A stretch of 64,000 bases of DNA from Flaccisagitta enflata. Lineage: Eukaryota. Position 1 is the stretch's first letter. Each line of letters begins with the position of its first letter. The DNA lies in contig OZ231126.1 in assembly GCA_965153355.1 (NCBI GenBank), positions 5,890,001 through 5,954,000 on the forward strand. The letters are read 5' to 3'. The position numbers and the translations under genes were made by a program. Below are positions 1-22,067 of this stretch, piece by piece. The notes under the pieces were generated by a model. The model was not told the origin of the DNA. It did not search any database and saw only the letters and a program-made list of their open reading frames with translations.

Positions 1-176
1 GCCGCTGCCCTGCTTCTTCCCTCAAATTCCGTCATAACCTGTTCTGGCAGGGCACTGGTACCGCTGACCATCTACGACGCTTCTGCGACTATTTACTATA
101 CAGAGCGCCTAACTCCTTGACATTTTTCTCCCGCTATTTACCCACCAAGCATTAATAGTTCTGATGGCCTTTTTAG

Positions 177-421
177 ACTCGAGCCGCCCTTCTCGCCCTT
201 CAAAAACACGGCGGGTCATGGAGGAAGAGGACAGTTCTGACTCCGAGTCTACAGACCCGGAAGACACGCGACCACAAAAGCCGGACTTGAAGACCATGCC
301 GGGAAGAGGAGGCCGTCCGCCTGTCATTTCCCAGGCATCGCGAGCCGCTTATCAGTCAAATCTTAAAAAAGTTCGCAGAAGTGACGAAAATGACGAGGAT
401 TTTGAACCCGGCTCAGACTGA
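177..421 (+). CDS. Probable terminal exon of an unidentified plus-strand gene entering from upstream of the window
   Basis: TTTTTAG acceptor ending at 176, then an open, charged low-complexity frame DSSRPSRPSKTRRVMEEEDSSDSE...DEDFEPGSD* ending TGA at 421; no recognisable domain. Confidence 0.4.
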
Positions 422-1104
422 CCAATCTGTCCTCAAATCGTAGCTAAACGAGGTCAACACCTACAAGTTGCTTGTGCCTAATCAAATCGCAAATAGGGTA
501 GTAGTGTTGTTCATATTTATATCCAATTTGATTTCATAGATTTGATCAAAAAATGTTCAAAACTTGTGTGGACGGACCGACGGGCTGACAAAGCGGAATG
601 TTAAGTCGCATGCATGTGTTTGAATGATCAGCAAGGTCTTCTTATTCATTTACATTGTATAAAAACAATGCGTTTGGAATTACAATTTTATCGTTACAAA
701 AAAGAACTGTACTGGTTTGGACACGAGGGCCTTTTTTTTACACTACTCGATTGATACCAAAGGACTGACGGAACAAGGCCAAGTAGGCGAATGAGGTGCG
801 ACGCGTGGATTGTCGAATGAATGCATTACCGACAGACAGACAGACTGACCAATGGACACAGCCAGTTATAGAGGTGCTTTGTCGCACCTAAAAAGCCTCT
901 TATAAATTCGCTAGTCGCGACTAGAAATGAACAAGGCTAAGCAGCCCGATGATAGGTCCTCTTTGAATGAACATTTTTAGGTGCGCCAACGCACCTCTAT
1001 AACTGGCTGTGTTCGTTGGTTGGACGGTCAGTTGGTCTGTCGGTTGGGTAAAGAATTCCTTCGACGATCCACACAGCGCACCTTATTGGCCAACTTGGCC
1101 TCGT

Positions 1105-1260
1105 TTTTAGTCGCGGACTCGCGATTCTAGAATTTGCCGTGTCGGTCGGTCGGTCGGTCGGTCTGTCCGTCGGTAACCAAATCAAAATGCGAGCGTTTTT
1201 TTGCCATTCCGCTCCTGCCCACCCGTCCGCGACTTAGGGAGAGTGTATACGGCCTTGTTT
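1105..1260. repeat. Representative copy of a dispersed short-repeat family with (GTCN)n microsatellite, possibly Helentron/HINE-like
   Basis: TTTTAGTCGCG..., (GTCG)n, CCTGCCCACCCG, GTATxCGGCCTTGTT; related copies at ~2205-2400, 6165-6510, 11325-11490, 11680-11932, 18770-18932, 28945-29882, 35560-35715, 41400-41570. Confidence 0.55.
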
Positions 1261-2145
1261 TGAATGAACGTTGTTTATGAATGAACAAAGGACTGAATGA
1301 ATGATTGAATGATAGAATGAACAAATAATTGGTTGGTGCTGGTTTCGGTGTAAAATAGCTTCAGATTTCGCGATTTTAATGCTTGCGTGATGGACAGATT
1401 GACCAACCAACCATCCAAACAATGGACAGACATGACCTCTTACAGAGATGCGAGGACGCATCTAAAAACGTCTTTTACAATTATTTCCGATCGGCGGTAG
1501 CCGCTAATCCCGCCATTACTGGTAAGATTGTGAGGCCTTTATGGTCAGACGTGATCGTAGATTCGGTCTCTTGTCGGGATTCTTCCGCAAACTAGGGGGA
1601 TCCATAATCTAAGTGTGGAATCAGAACGGCGACGATTCTTGTCAGATTTGACTGGACGATGTCTGAGTTAAACATCAAACTCGAGGAATTTTATTCCAAT
1701 CCATTCATGAGACTCACTTGGCATTTGCAGATAGCCGTATAACTTGAAAATGAAATTCCATCAATTTTTTTTCCAAAACATGAGTTGATACAGAATTTGC
1801 CCCTTTGTGAGCACCATGACTAGTGCTTAATCAAATCGCAAATCGGGTAATATATATGCTGTCCAGCTGACAGTCAGGGAAAAAAGACAAAATGAAATCA
1901 TGTTGCTAATTCTTTACTTTCAAAGGACAATGATATGTTCAAGGGAGTCATCACAATCCACAAGGCTAATTCATGCTATCAATCCTCGTATTCTTTTGGT
2001 AACATCCTCTCGGAGAATGAGAGAGATTTCTTGTTAAAATTCCGCTGTTGTGAGCGCCAATGTGACGTTTCCGCCGCCGCGGTTGTCGGCGCTAACGTCA
2101 TGTTTCCACCACCGCCAACGTCATGTTTCCGCCTCCGCTCTCGTC

Positions 2146-2200
<55 letters not shown>

Positions 2201-2555
2201 TGAATAAGTGACACGGGGTCACAATATCGTAGCAGACGGGTGGGCAGGGGTATCCAACACACACACAAACATTCACAAAAAATATCTAAAAAGCTGGTTT
2301 TTCCACCTTTTGACTCGATCACCACGGACCAGCGGACTGACGGACGGACCAACGAACGGACAGACAAAGCCTCTTATAGAGTTGCGTGTCCGCAATTAAA
2401 AGGACAAGCAGACAGACAGACGAACTCGCCGACTTTGGACAAGGAATTCTTTTTCTATTGTCGGCGACTTTAATGAGGTGTCATCAACCGCTTTCCAACG
2501 TGACCAAGCAGCGATGTGAAGAGATTTCAAAACGGGGCTCCAACGACGCGTTGCA

Positions 2556-2562
2556 TTGTTGT

Positions 2563-2596
<34 letters not shown>

Positions 2597-2698
2597 GTTG
2601 CTGTTGCTGTTGCTGTTGTTGTTGTTGTTGTTGTTTTCATTGTCGTCACAGTTGGTATTGATGTTGTTGTTGTTATCGTAGTTGTTAATGTCGATATC

Positions 2699-2754
<56 letters not shown>

Positions 2755-3425
2755 GGTGTTGTTATCGCAGTTCTGTCACCGATTCAAGGATTCAGGGGAA
2801 CAGCGAAACGGAAACTTAGATACAGGAAACAGGAAACAGGAAATTGCTAAGTGTGTGGCCAATAAGAAGAGGAAGAGGCGGAAGAAGAAGAGGAGGAAGA
2901 AGAAGAGGAAGAAAAAGAGGAGGAAGAAAAAGAGGGGGGAAGAAGGAGATGGGAAGAAGAAAAGGTAGAAGAAGCAATAAAAGAAAAGAAGAAGAACAAG
3001 AAGAGGAATACGAAGAAGAAACAAGAGAAAAAAAAAGAACAAGAAAAAGAAGTACAAGGAAAAGAAGAAAGAAAAAAAAAAGAAAAAGAAAGAAAAAAAG
3101 AAAAAAAGGAAGAACAGTAAGAAGAAGAAAATGAAGAAGGAAAAGAAAGGGCAAGAGATGAAGAGAAGAAGGAAAAGAGAAAGAAGAAGAAGAAGAAGAA
3201 GAAGAAGAAGAAGAAAAGGAAGAAGAAGAAGAAGAAGAAGAAGAAGAAGAAGAAGAAGAAGAAGAAGAAGAAGAAGAAGAAGAAGAAGAAGAAGACGAGG
3301 AAGAAAAGAAGAAGAAGAAGAAGAAGAAGAAGAAGAAGAAGAAGAAGAAGAAGAAGAAGAAGAAGAAGAAGAAGAAGAAGAAGAAGACGAGGAAGAAAAG
3401 GAAGAAGAAGAAGAAGAAGAAGAAG

Positions 3426-3457
<32 letters not shown>

Positions 3458-3510
3458 GAAGAAAAAGAAGAAAAAGAAGAAGAGGGAGAACAGGGAGAAG
3501 AGGAAGAATT
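2556..3510. repeat. (GTT)n and (GAA)n microsatellite/low-complexity block
   Basis: Directly visible; accounts for the poly-C/V/R/E ORFs in the track. Confidence 0.95.
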
Positions 3511-3695
3511 TCGATTTTAATTTGACCATGTCAGCAAAAACACTTATATGCGAGGACCACGACATGGCTTCAGCCGCAGTGAAAGTTCAAAAAAAAAAAA
3601 AGACATTTACTGCTGCCACTTGTACAGTTATGTGATCAGGGCCGTATTGCATGAGGTCGCCGGGGCGGCAATGATGGCACATGAAGAGGAAGAGG

Positions 3696-4745
3696 AACAG
3701 TCGCAAAAGCGTTAGATGGTCAGCGGTACCCGTGCCCTGCCTAAGTTGGTTGTGGTTGAAGTTGAGGGGGGAGCAGGGCAGCGGCCTCAAAGGGGTTGAT
3801 GACCTATGCTTTTGGGCAGCGGCTCCGAAGGGGTCGATGACCTATGCTTTCACACATATGGGGGATTTTCTCCTTCTCCTCCTCCTCCTACGTCCCCCCC
3901 CTCAAATCCCAGTCTTGAGGCCCAAATTCCAGTCTCGAGGCCCAAATCCCAGTCTTGAGGCCCAAATCCCAGCCTCAAGGCCCAAATCCTAGCCTCAAGG
4001 CCTAAATCCTAGCCTGGAGGCCCAGATTTCAGCCGTGAAGCCCAAATCTCAGCCTCAAGGTCAAAATCTCAGCCAAGAGGCCCAGATTCCGGCCTTGAGG
4101 CCCAAATCTCAGCCTCCAGGCTAGGATTTAGGCCTTGAGGCTAGGATTTGGGCCTTGAGGCTGGGATTAGGGCCTCAAGACTGGGATTTGAGGGGGAGGG
4201 ACGGAGAAGGAGGAGGAGAAGGAGAAAATCCCCCATATGTGTGAAAGCATAGGTCATCGACCCCTTTGGGGCCGCTGCCCTGCTCCCCCCTCAACTTCAA
4301 CCACAACCAACTTAGGCAGGGCACGGGTACCGCTGACCATCTAACGCTTTTGCGACTATTACACATGTGGGTATTTTTTCCTCCTCATATCCCAGTCCCG
4401 AGGCCCAAATTCCAGTCTCAAGGCCTAAATCCCAGTCTTGAGGCCCAAATCCCAGCCTCAAGGCCCAAATCCTAGCCTGCAGGCTGAGATTTGGGCCTCA
4501 TGGCCGAGATCTGGGCTTCTTGGCTGAGATATTGACCTTGAGGCTGAGATTTGGGCTTCTTAGCTGAAATCTGGGCCTCCAGGCTAGGATTTACGCCTTG
4601 AGGCTAGGATTTGGGCCTTGAGGCTGGGATTTGGGCCTCAAGACTGGGATTTGGGCCTCGAGACTGGAATTTGGGCCTCAGGACTGGGATTTGAGGGGGG
4701 GACGTAAGAGAAGGAAGAGGAGGAGGATGAGGAGAAAATCCCCCA
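3696..4745. mobile_element. Foldback-like repeat: ~330-bp inverted arms (3696-4360) with 20-bp minisatellite, followed by a second inverted array
   Basis: AGTCGCAAAAGCGTTAGATGGTCAGCGGTACCCGTGCCCTGCC is inverted at ~4315-4357; unit GGCCCAAATCCCAGCCTCAA switches orientation near 4110 and 4480. Relatives at 1-93, 10010-10825, 46830-47660. Confidence 0.75.
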
Positions 4746-7361
4746 TTTGGCCCAAAAAGGAAAAGAAAAACTGAGGGAGAAGAAAAAGAAGAAGAAGAAG
4801 AAGAAAAAGAAGAAGAAGAAGAAGAAGAAGAAGAAGAAGAAGAAGAAGAAGAAGAAGAAGAAGAAGAAGAAGAAGAAGAAGAAGAAGAAGAAGAAGAAAT
4901 TGAAAAAGAGAAGAAGAAAGAGAAGTAGCAGGAAAAAAGACTAAGTAGTCAACCATGGATCGCACAAAGTCAGCGGCACCCGATGCCCAGTGTCCATGTG
5001 TCCTACAGGATATCATCACATTGGGGCCTCTGGCAAAAAAGTGAAGAAAAAAAAGAAAAGTAGGCGGGACTCACCATTCCACCATTTCACCATATGGTTA
5101 AGCCCAAAATCTCCGGAGACAATTCATGTAAAATGAAAAACAAATTTGTTATTAGTGTAGCTCCCTGTAAAATATCATAAGAGAATTCACAAATGGTGAT
5201 TAGCAATACAGAACTTACCCCCCCACCCTCCCACATTATCATTAAAGTCTCCATCGACTCCAGCATAATAGACGCTGTAGATGAGTTCCCAAGTGGACAA
5301 AAGTATAGAAAGTGAAATTGGCGAAAGCAATAATTCCTCCAAGTCGATGACGTACCTAGGATGAAGTTTAATAAAAGCGTTTCTTTATCTTATGTAGGTT
5401 AAAACACCATGATTTCCTAAAATAGAAAATAATCTTTTTAGTAACAAAACTGAATATGGCTGATATCTGGGATTTCTGTAAGAACTTTTACAGCCAAAAC
5501 AAAAACGGAAGATGAAAGAATTTTGAAAAAAAGAGAATCATCTTAATAATATTTGCTCCTCCACATTACATAAGTAAAGTAAAGGGATATTCCCAAATTT
5601 TGCTATGTGAAGCATCAAAGCTGGTCGGTTGGTCCAGTCCGTCAGTAGATCAGTGACGTTTGAGTCTTCTCCTCTACTTGCCCATTACTTGCTGCACATC
5701 GACGTCGATAAACAAATACCATCTTACAAAATGAGATACGAAACACAAATCCACGACTCGCAGGAAATAGAAATAAAGGACTGCAATCAACGGGAAATCA
5801 TGTCCAGGAGGTCGACCTCATTTGATGATAGTAGATGGAGGAGCATTGCCTGATGACCAAAGAAAAAAAAATTGCACTTTTTGAATCGCCCCCCCCCCAA
5901 CCAAAACAGATGTGAAATAGCAAAATTCTCATATCTATACAAAACTCTGATAATCTACGAGTCGTAGGCTAAGACAGCGAGCATTTGAAGGCAACATTTA
6001 GTGTTTCATCCCATTTTTTCAACTTTTGTGGAATGATTATGATGCCAAAAAAACTATCATGGGACCAATTGTCGCCAGAAACACTGTGTATAGCTTTGTC
6101 ACATGCTGACCTCTATAGAACTTCCAATAATGCAATTCACAGGCAAAAAACAAAGGAAATCAGGTTTTTAGTTGCTTGCTACGCAACCCTACACCCCGCT
6201 TTGTCGGACCATCGGTTGGTTGGTTGGTCAGACGGTTGGTCGGTCGGTTGTTCCCCTTTTTACTTTTTTGGCGTTTTTAAGCTTTTTGGGTTCACAGCTC
6301 CTTCCAGAATGCCATTATAAGTCATTCTAAGTCATTTTAAGTCATTTTAAGTCATATTAAATTATATTAAGTCACCAAAGTCAATAAGGTCAATATGGTC
6401 ATTAATGTCATCTTAAGTCATTTCAGGTCACCATGAGTCATTCAAACTCAGTTTAAGACATCTTTAGCTATTCATGCTCTGCACGCTACTTATAGGTGTG
6501 GTCTTGTTTAGTAAAGTCTTGCTCACACATTTTATTGTTTTGCTGCCTTCAACATAATCGGCCATAAGTGCCAAAAAATTTTGCATTTTAAAAAACATAG
6601 CCTTCTCTGTAATCAGTTCAGGAAGCGGGCTGTGTTCTTCATTTTTATGTTATTTTATTATAACAAAGTGATTGCAAACCTCGCTATAAACTTTGCCATT
6701 GAATTGAATGAATGAACTATTTATTGTAAATTTTCCTTTATCTTTTTCTTCTGATTATTTACATCTGTCGCTTTTTTGCTGACAAAATGGAAGAGCATGT
6801 ATAATCTATGCAAAGTCAAAACTTTGACAAGCCCTCCATCAGTGAACAAATATGAAATATTGTATATTTTCTAACTATACTCTATGCATGCCAGAGTATC
6901 GAAATCAGCAAAAAATGGCTTTCCCCCTCCATCTTTTTCCTTTGCTTATATGCCACAAATGAGCCATAGGGTAACGTTCAAATCAATCGGGAACCATTGT
7001 TTGAGTGACCATGAAGTTTCCATAGAAATCTATGACAGAGGCAAAATTTGTATTTAAAGAAAATTGATCCTAGTACTGATTCAATACAAACTTCAACCTC
7101 ACCCTAACACTGGCTCTTGATCAAATTGAAGGTTTTACAATAGCTCTGCAAAGGCGAAAGATGATGGCGGGGTGAGAGCTAGTTTTGCCCGTGATTGGCA
7201 CCCTGACATGTATACTACACTTGCTCCTTTGTCCTATTTGAATGAAAATTTTGCAATTTGATATTCAATTTGACTTAGTTCAAAAATTTGTTTTGTCTTT
7301 TCTTTTTTTTACTCTAATAAATTTTCTATCTTGACCTCTGATGATATACTAAATCTTGCCT

Positions 7362-16474
<9,113 letters not shown>

Positions 16475-16919
16475 TTGACTTAAAATCGCAAAAACAATCG
16501 CGTAAAAGTAGAATGCATTCATTCGCATTCAAATATTTTTCGTATAGCCTCTCTGCAGTAATGTTACTTTGTGAAGAAGATTTCGGTGGATAGAAAGATT
16601 CTATGGAGTAGTTTTAAGCCTACGATCTAAAATCATCTACAACATAGAAACTAAACTGACTGTAGAGATTTATACCAATACCGGTTTGTCCACTGACTGT
16701 GATGTCTTGGTAATGGTAATAGACCAAGTGAAGTATGGTGAGTTTTGTTCACCTTATTTGTCTTTGTTTTTTGGTAAAGGATACCAAAGGAATGGATTTA
16801 CACGGAAATGTTTTTAGTTGTGATGGATATGTACGAATGCAGATGAGTGACGGTTTGCACCGGGTCCACAAGCCATTGGCTTTCCTTTTCCGGTTGACTT
16901 GAACTTGAACTTGAACTTG

Positions 16920-17600
16920 ATTTTTTTCTTTTCTTTGCTTTTTTTTTCTCTTTGCTGCTTTTCTTTGAAATCTCTAGACTTCCTTTATCTTCTTTAATGA
17001 TTTTTTTAATCTATTCCTTCATCTTGTTTTTTTTTCTCTCCTCTCCTTTTTCATCAACCTATCTTTCTTCGTCTTCTCTCTTTTGTGCCCTCTTTTTCTT
17101 CTTATTTTCTTTCTTCAATCTTCCTGTTTTCTCTTCTTCCTTTCTTTTCTTCTTCTTTTCTTTTTTTTTCTTCTCTTCTTTTTTTTCTTCTTTTCGAATT
17201 TTCTTTTTTTTTTCTTCTTTTTTTTCTTTTTTTCTTCTTTTATTTTTTTTCTTCTTTCCTTTTTTTTCTTATTTTCTTATTTTCTTATTTTCTTTTTTTT
17301 TTCTTTTTTCTTCTTTTCTATTTTTCTTCTTTTCTTTTTTTCTTCTTTTCTTTTTTTCTCCCTTTCTTTTTTCTTCTTATTCTTTTTCCTTTTCTTCATC
17401 TACTCTTTTTTTTCTTCTTCTTCTCACTTTCTTTTCTTTTTTTTCTTCTACTTTTCCTTTTTCTTCTCTTTTCATCATCTTGTTTTCTTCTTTTCCTCTT
17501 TTCTTCTTTTCTTCTTTTCCGGTTTTCTTCTTTTCTTCATTCTTCCTCTGTTCTCCTTTCTTCTTCTTTTCTCTTTAGTACTGTCTTGTCTTTTTTCTTC
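16920..17600. repeat. T/C-rich low-complexity tract in VWA8 intron
   Basis: Directly visible. Confidence 0.95.
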
Positions 17601-17686
17601 GTTTTAGCCGCGGGTACGCAGCTATACAAGAAGCTTAGTCCGTCCGTCGGGCCGTCCGTCCGTTCATTGGATCCCTCGCGTCTCAC

Positions 17687-19877
17687 CTTGAAATCTGCTC
17701 CTGAGCGGTGGATCGAGCGCGTTTCCGGGGTATTTCGGGACTGGATGTCCCAAAGCGATGACGCGGAAATCTTCGCTGACTCGCAGCAAATTCCACGAAT
17801 CCAATTCGGCTTGGCTGTGGGTTTCCAGCAGCTTGTCGTAACGCGGAGCAGCCACCAAGAACCTGAGAAATTAATGAAACATGTCAAGGATTCATTCATC
17901 AGATCTATAAAGTGAAATTAGTAAAGTGTATCAGTCATCAGTAAAGTGTCATCTATAAAGTGTCATCAGATCTATAAAGTATATTAATGATTCAGCCACC
18001 ATTTAACACCACCAAGATGAGCATTGGAAATAAGCCGTGGATAGAATGGTGAGTCACTACTCGTCGGTATATTCCTCAGAACAAAGGAATTAAGAGTTAA
18101 GAATCAAGAGTCACTGATGCACACAAATGCGCAAATTAACATAGTCACTGATGGCGCTGCACGCGCGTGAAAGATAAGAGCAGTGTCTTTTAAACACAGG
18201 ATCTACAATACAATCTACAATACGATCTACAATACGACTGTAATTCGTCTGATTTGGATGGCTCCTCCCACCTGCCATCGTCCAGTTGCATTTCTCTGTT
18301 TTCCAGGAGATTGTTTAGAATCGGCAGCACATTTCTCTCGGCTTTGTCGATTCCCTCCAGCACCAAAACTCGGCCCTCGATCGCAGCTTTCACCGCCGCC
18401 TACGGAGATGAAATTGAATATCATTTGCATATTGCAGTGAAGCGTTTACGCGCCAAATTTTCAACATAAGATAAGCAACTTTGTAGGAATGAGTATTAAG
18501 TCTGTCAGGGTGCCTAGAAAAGCCCAAATTAAACTCTGCTCGGTAAAAATGTATTTCCTTTGCAAAAATGCTTTCATATGAACCATTGTGTGACCTTGGT
18601 CAAGAACCATCTTTAGGGTGAGGTTTAATTTTTCATTGAATCTTTTTTAGAATTTAAATTTTCATTTTGCAAATTCTGTTTTTTTTATACAATACTATAG
18701 AAACGTCAAGGGAACCCTAGAGATGATTCCCGATTGATTTGAAAATCAAGCAATGGTTTTCTTAAACATTTTTAGTTGTGGACACGCAACTTTTTAAGAA
18801 GCTTTTTCTGTCCGTTGGTTCATGTGTCTGTCTGTCGGCCCATTGGTCCGTCAGCTTGAATCAAAGGAAAACGCTCAAATCCGCCCCTGCCCAGCCATCC
18901 GCAATTGGTATTGGCCGTGTATCCGGCCTTGTTGCAAAAGAAAAATATCTTTGCCAGGTGAAGTTCAATTTTGGAATTTCTAGGCACCCTGACAGGAGTA
19001 ATATGAACTCGCTGATATATGAACGAAAGCTACATTTTGCGAATGAACTTCTGTCCCCTACCTGATCCAAATAAGAGGCTGTTTGGGCTCTGATTTCTCG
19101 TCTTTGTTTCAAATCTGATTCTGTGGTGTCACGAGACAAAGACACAAACTCGCACTCTTTCCGCGTCAACTCCAAATACTGCATGGCTACGATTCGTCGT
19201 AAGTGGCCTATGAATAAAGTTTGAAGAACATCACATGACATGGTCATAAATACGTGATGTTTAATTAGCCCCAAAGACTTCAGCAATCGAGTTGTACCAC
19301 CCTCAGAGGCAAAACAAGGATCGATATAATTTTGGGCAGTGGCGAAATTACAAGTTTTCGCACTTTTCGGTTCAAGAAGGATGGACGGACGGACGGACAC
19401 AGCCTTTTATAAAGTCGCCTGTCCAATGTCCATGCCTTACCCGGTGATCACATGATAACGTCTTGATCGATAGCTAAGCCTACCTTCAGCGTGAGCAATT
19501 CAGCGCGGAAAGAGTGCGAGTTTGTGTCTTTGTGTTTCTGTTTTACAGGCAGCTCAGTCCCTGATCATCCTCTGCTCACCTGGCGGTCCGATGAGAAAGA
19601 CATCCTGCCCAATGGCTTCCTTTTGCATAAGCCATTTGATGTGTCTGAGATGCGATTGCGGGAGTTGATCTCCAGAGGCTGTCAAGTATCCCGTCGGCAC
19701 GAGTTCAGCCGCTTCAGGTTCCTTTAATTCCAGAGTCACGTCGCCCAACGTCACGGTGCCACCGGAAGCGCGTGACACGGAGAAGGAAGCGGCGCGCGAT
19801 GGAGGGAAGAAACGCGAACGTGTGGCGCAAACGACGAAAGACGACGCGCGCGGGACGCGTAATAAGAATAAACCCAT
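17687..19877 (-). CDS. VWA8: VWA8 (KIAA0564) mitochondrial AAA+ ATPase; first four exons, remainder presumably beyond window start
   Basis: Exons 19877-19580, 19207-19062, 18399-18272, 17862-17687. Arg/Ser-rich presequence-like N-terminus; WLMQKEAIGQDVFLIGPPG, LSRDTTESDLKQRREI, EGRVLVLEGIDKAERNVLPILNNLLENREMQLDDGRFL, FRVIALGHPVPKYPGNALDPPLRSRFQ are diagnostic. Confidence 0.95.
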
Positions 19878-20341
19878 GTTTGCAAAGGTTCACGCTTTTA
19901 GCGGAAATTGTCCCTAATGTTTTTATCTGTCGTTTGTCCCAAAATTCATGATTGTTTTTGCACTTGCAGTCATTTCTGTCTCACACATCAGTCATCACCG
20001 CCACCAGGGACCAAACGGGCTCGCACAATTATAGTTTGTCCGCAATAACATCATCATTCACCACTAACAAGTCGGCTGATAAACAGAAGAAAACAAAACG
20101 AAATGAACGGCATCACTCTTGCTACATACTAATCAACAATGATATCGTAAACATGAGAAAGAGAAACAGAAAATGAGAGGTAGATCAATTGGTTGATCAT
20201 TATAACACGTGAAAAGGATCTGGACTGATCAAAAACAAAATAAGCGAAATCTGCCTAATCACCAACATGATCATTGATCAACTGCTCATGGTCAAGAGTT
20301 AAAGCCCAAATCATGGCTATCGATCATCGAATAAGACGCAT

Positions 20342-21781
20342 TCACTCGATAAAATCGTCTTCATCTTCCTCCATCTCGTCCTCTTGTTCAACATCACCTC
20401 CTTCATCACCTCCACCATCCCCGCCTTTCCGCTCTTCTATCTTCTTTTTGATTTCCTTGACTGCCGCTGCGACTGTCGACTGCAGATCTTTCAGCAAGTA
20501 ATAAGGCACGACTCTCCTCGCTTTGTTGTAATGCTCCCTCAAGTGCTCCCAGTTTTGTACTTTGCCTTTAAACGCGCGCTCGTAGATGCTTTTGAAGTCG
20601 ATGCAATTTTCGTCTTCTTCGTCGTCGTCTTCAATGGACTTCAGCAATGCCAGACTGTCTTCCAGCCTCCATTTCGGCAAGGAAGCTCGAACGCACATCT
20701 TATGACCTTCCTTCTGCCAAAAAGATCGCAAAGTTTCTTCCGTCACTCCCGCCCTTTTCGCGACGTCAGCAAAGTCAATGTCAGCAGCCTTTATTTCCTT
20801 GACGGCACAATTCTGTTGCTCGGCCATGAGCTGAAGAGAGATTTTCCGCATCGGCATGTTCAAAGATTTATCACTGCTGGTAAGCACTCGGTAACGGACG
20901 GCGACAGAAGACCGATACCGATTAATCTCTTCTCCCATTTGCTTATGTTTTGCGCGTACGCCGATCTTTGTCAACTCGGCTCCACGGGTAAGGATGTATG
21001 CGTCAGCCTTCGCATCCCATTTTCCTTTTGCGTAAGGATGATACAATGAAAACAGACGCCTATAAAGTTGATAAGAATTACGATTCAAGTTATTCCCAAT
21101 GTGCAGAAACATCTCCGTTCTTCGATAGAAGACGCTGAACTCTTGGTACATGAGATTCCAGATCGATTCAGAATCAGTGGCATGACCGTGACGAACGAGG
21201 AACTTTTCAAAGTTTTTCATCAACGTCATCGATTCCGCCGCGCTAAAGGGTCCGACGTTAAAGAAAAATCCTTGTTTGCTCAACGCCCTTTTTAACGTCG
21301 TGTCCGAAAAGATGGAACCGCGTGGGATGGTAGTGTCGGTATTCCATTTGTATCTTCGAACGCCCAAGATGGTAGACTGAAGCGGATGATGTTCGGGATC
21401 ATTTCTTTCGCGACAAATCATGAATGCATGGACGACTTTATCAGCTTCCTGTTCCGTGAACCCCCCTTTGTTGGTCATGAAGTAATCGAGTCGACCTTCG
21501 ATTTTACCCAGTTGTTTGTTTCGCTTGGTCAGGTCGGCGATGCCCTCCAGGCGTGATATTTTCCGCAAAATGCGCGCTTTGAACTTTTCATGACCTTTGA
21601 TGTTGTCCGCGTCACGTTTGCGTCGCAGCCAATTACTCTTTCCATTATGAACTTGAGGTTCTTGAACAACGGGGATTTCCTTTGAATCTCGACCCTTTTC
21701 CTTCAATTCCTTTTTCAAGATCTTAGTTTTATCCCATCTCAAGTCCAGCCCTTCCTTCTTCGACCAGGACTCTTGGGACAT
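20342..21781 (-). CDS. TTF1: Intronless 479-aa Myb/SANT-repeat protein of the TTF1/DMTF1/Reb1 family (probable RNA polymerase I termination factor)
   Basis: Single non-repetitive ORF; GPFSAAESMTLMKNFEKF, KGKWDAKADAYI, EINRYRSSVAVRY and PKWRLEDSLALLKSI..DENCIDF resemble the Myb repeats of TTF1/DMTF1; basic N-terminus, acidic tail. Confidence 0.65.
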   Translation of the reverse strand: MSQESWSKKEGLDLRWDKTKILKKELKEKGRDSKEIPVVQEPQVHNGKSNWLRRKRDADNIKGHEKFKARILRKISRLEGIADLTKRNKQLGKIEGRLDYFMTNKGGFTEQEADKVVHAFMICRERNDPEHHPLQSTILGVRRYKWNTDTTIPRGSIFSDTTLKRALSKQGFFFNVGPFSAAESMTLMKNFEKFLVRHGHATDSESIWNLMYQEFSVFYRRTEMFLHIGNNLNRNSYQLYRRLFSLYHPYAKGKWDAKADAYILTRGAELTKIGVRAKHKQMGEEINRYRSSVAVRYRVLTSSDKSLNMPMRKISLQLMAEQQNCAVKEIKAADIDFADVAKRAGVTEETLRSFWQKEGHKMCVRASLPKWRLEDSLALLKSIEDDDEEDENCIDFKSIYERAFKGKVQNWEHLREHYNKARRVVPYYLLKDLQSTVAAAVKEIKKKIEERKGGDGGGDEGGDVEQEDEMEEDEDDFIE

Positions 21782-22067
21782 AATTGCTTTGGAGATGATC
21801 TAGAAAGCAACATTGGTGACAAGATGAACAATTCGCTTATCAGAACACCGTCGAATGACCTGTCCGTAAAACTCAAGCATCATCATGTGATCATGTGAGA
21901 AGGATAAGAGACACTTCTGTCCTTGGCTTATCTCAGCTCACATGAATGGCAAGAAAATACGAATGCATGATTGTTTTAAAAACCATCGTTTTATTCGTGA
22001 CTAATCAAACAATACAGACCAGTGAGACCACACAAAACAAGATCCAAGATGGCATGTAATGAAAGAT

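Noticed and set aside
16840-16920. Possible LINE 3' end (AAGCC/GGCTT stem followed by (ACTTGA)n tail)
   Set aside because: No reverse-transcriptase remnant or TSD visible; too weak to call.
20384-21295. Plus-strand ORFs antisense to the TTF1-like CDS (similarly at 51.4-52.4 kb and 63.0-63.9 kb)
   Set aside because: Shadow frames of real minus-strand coding sequence with no independent motifs.
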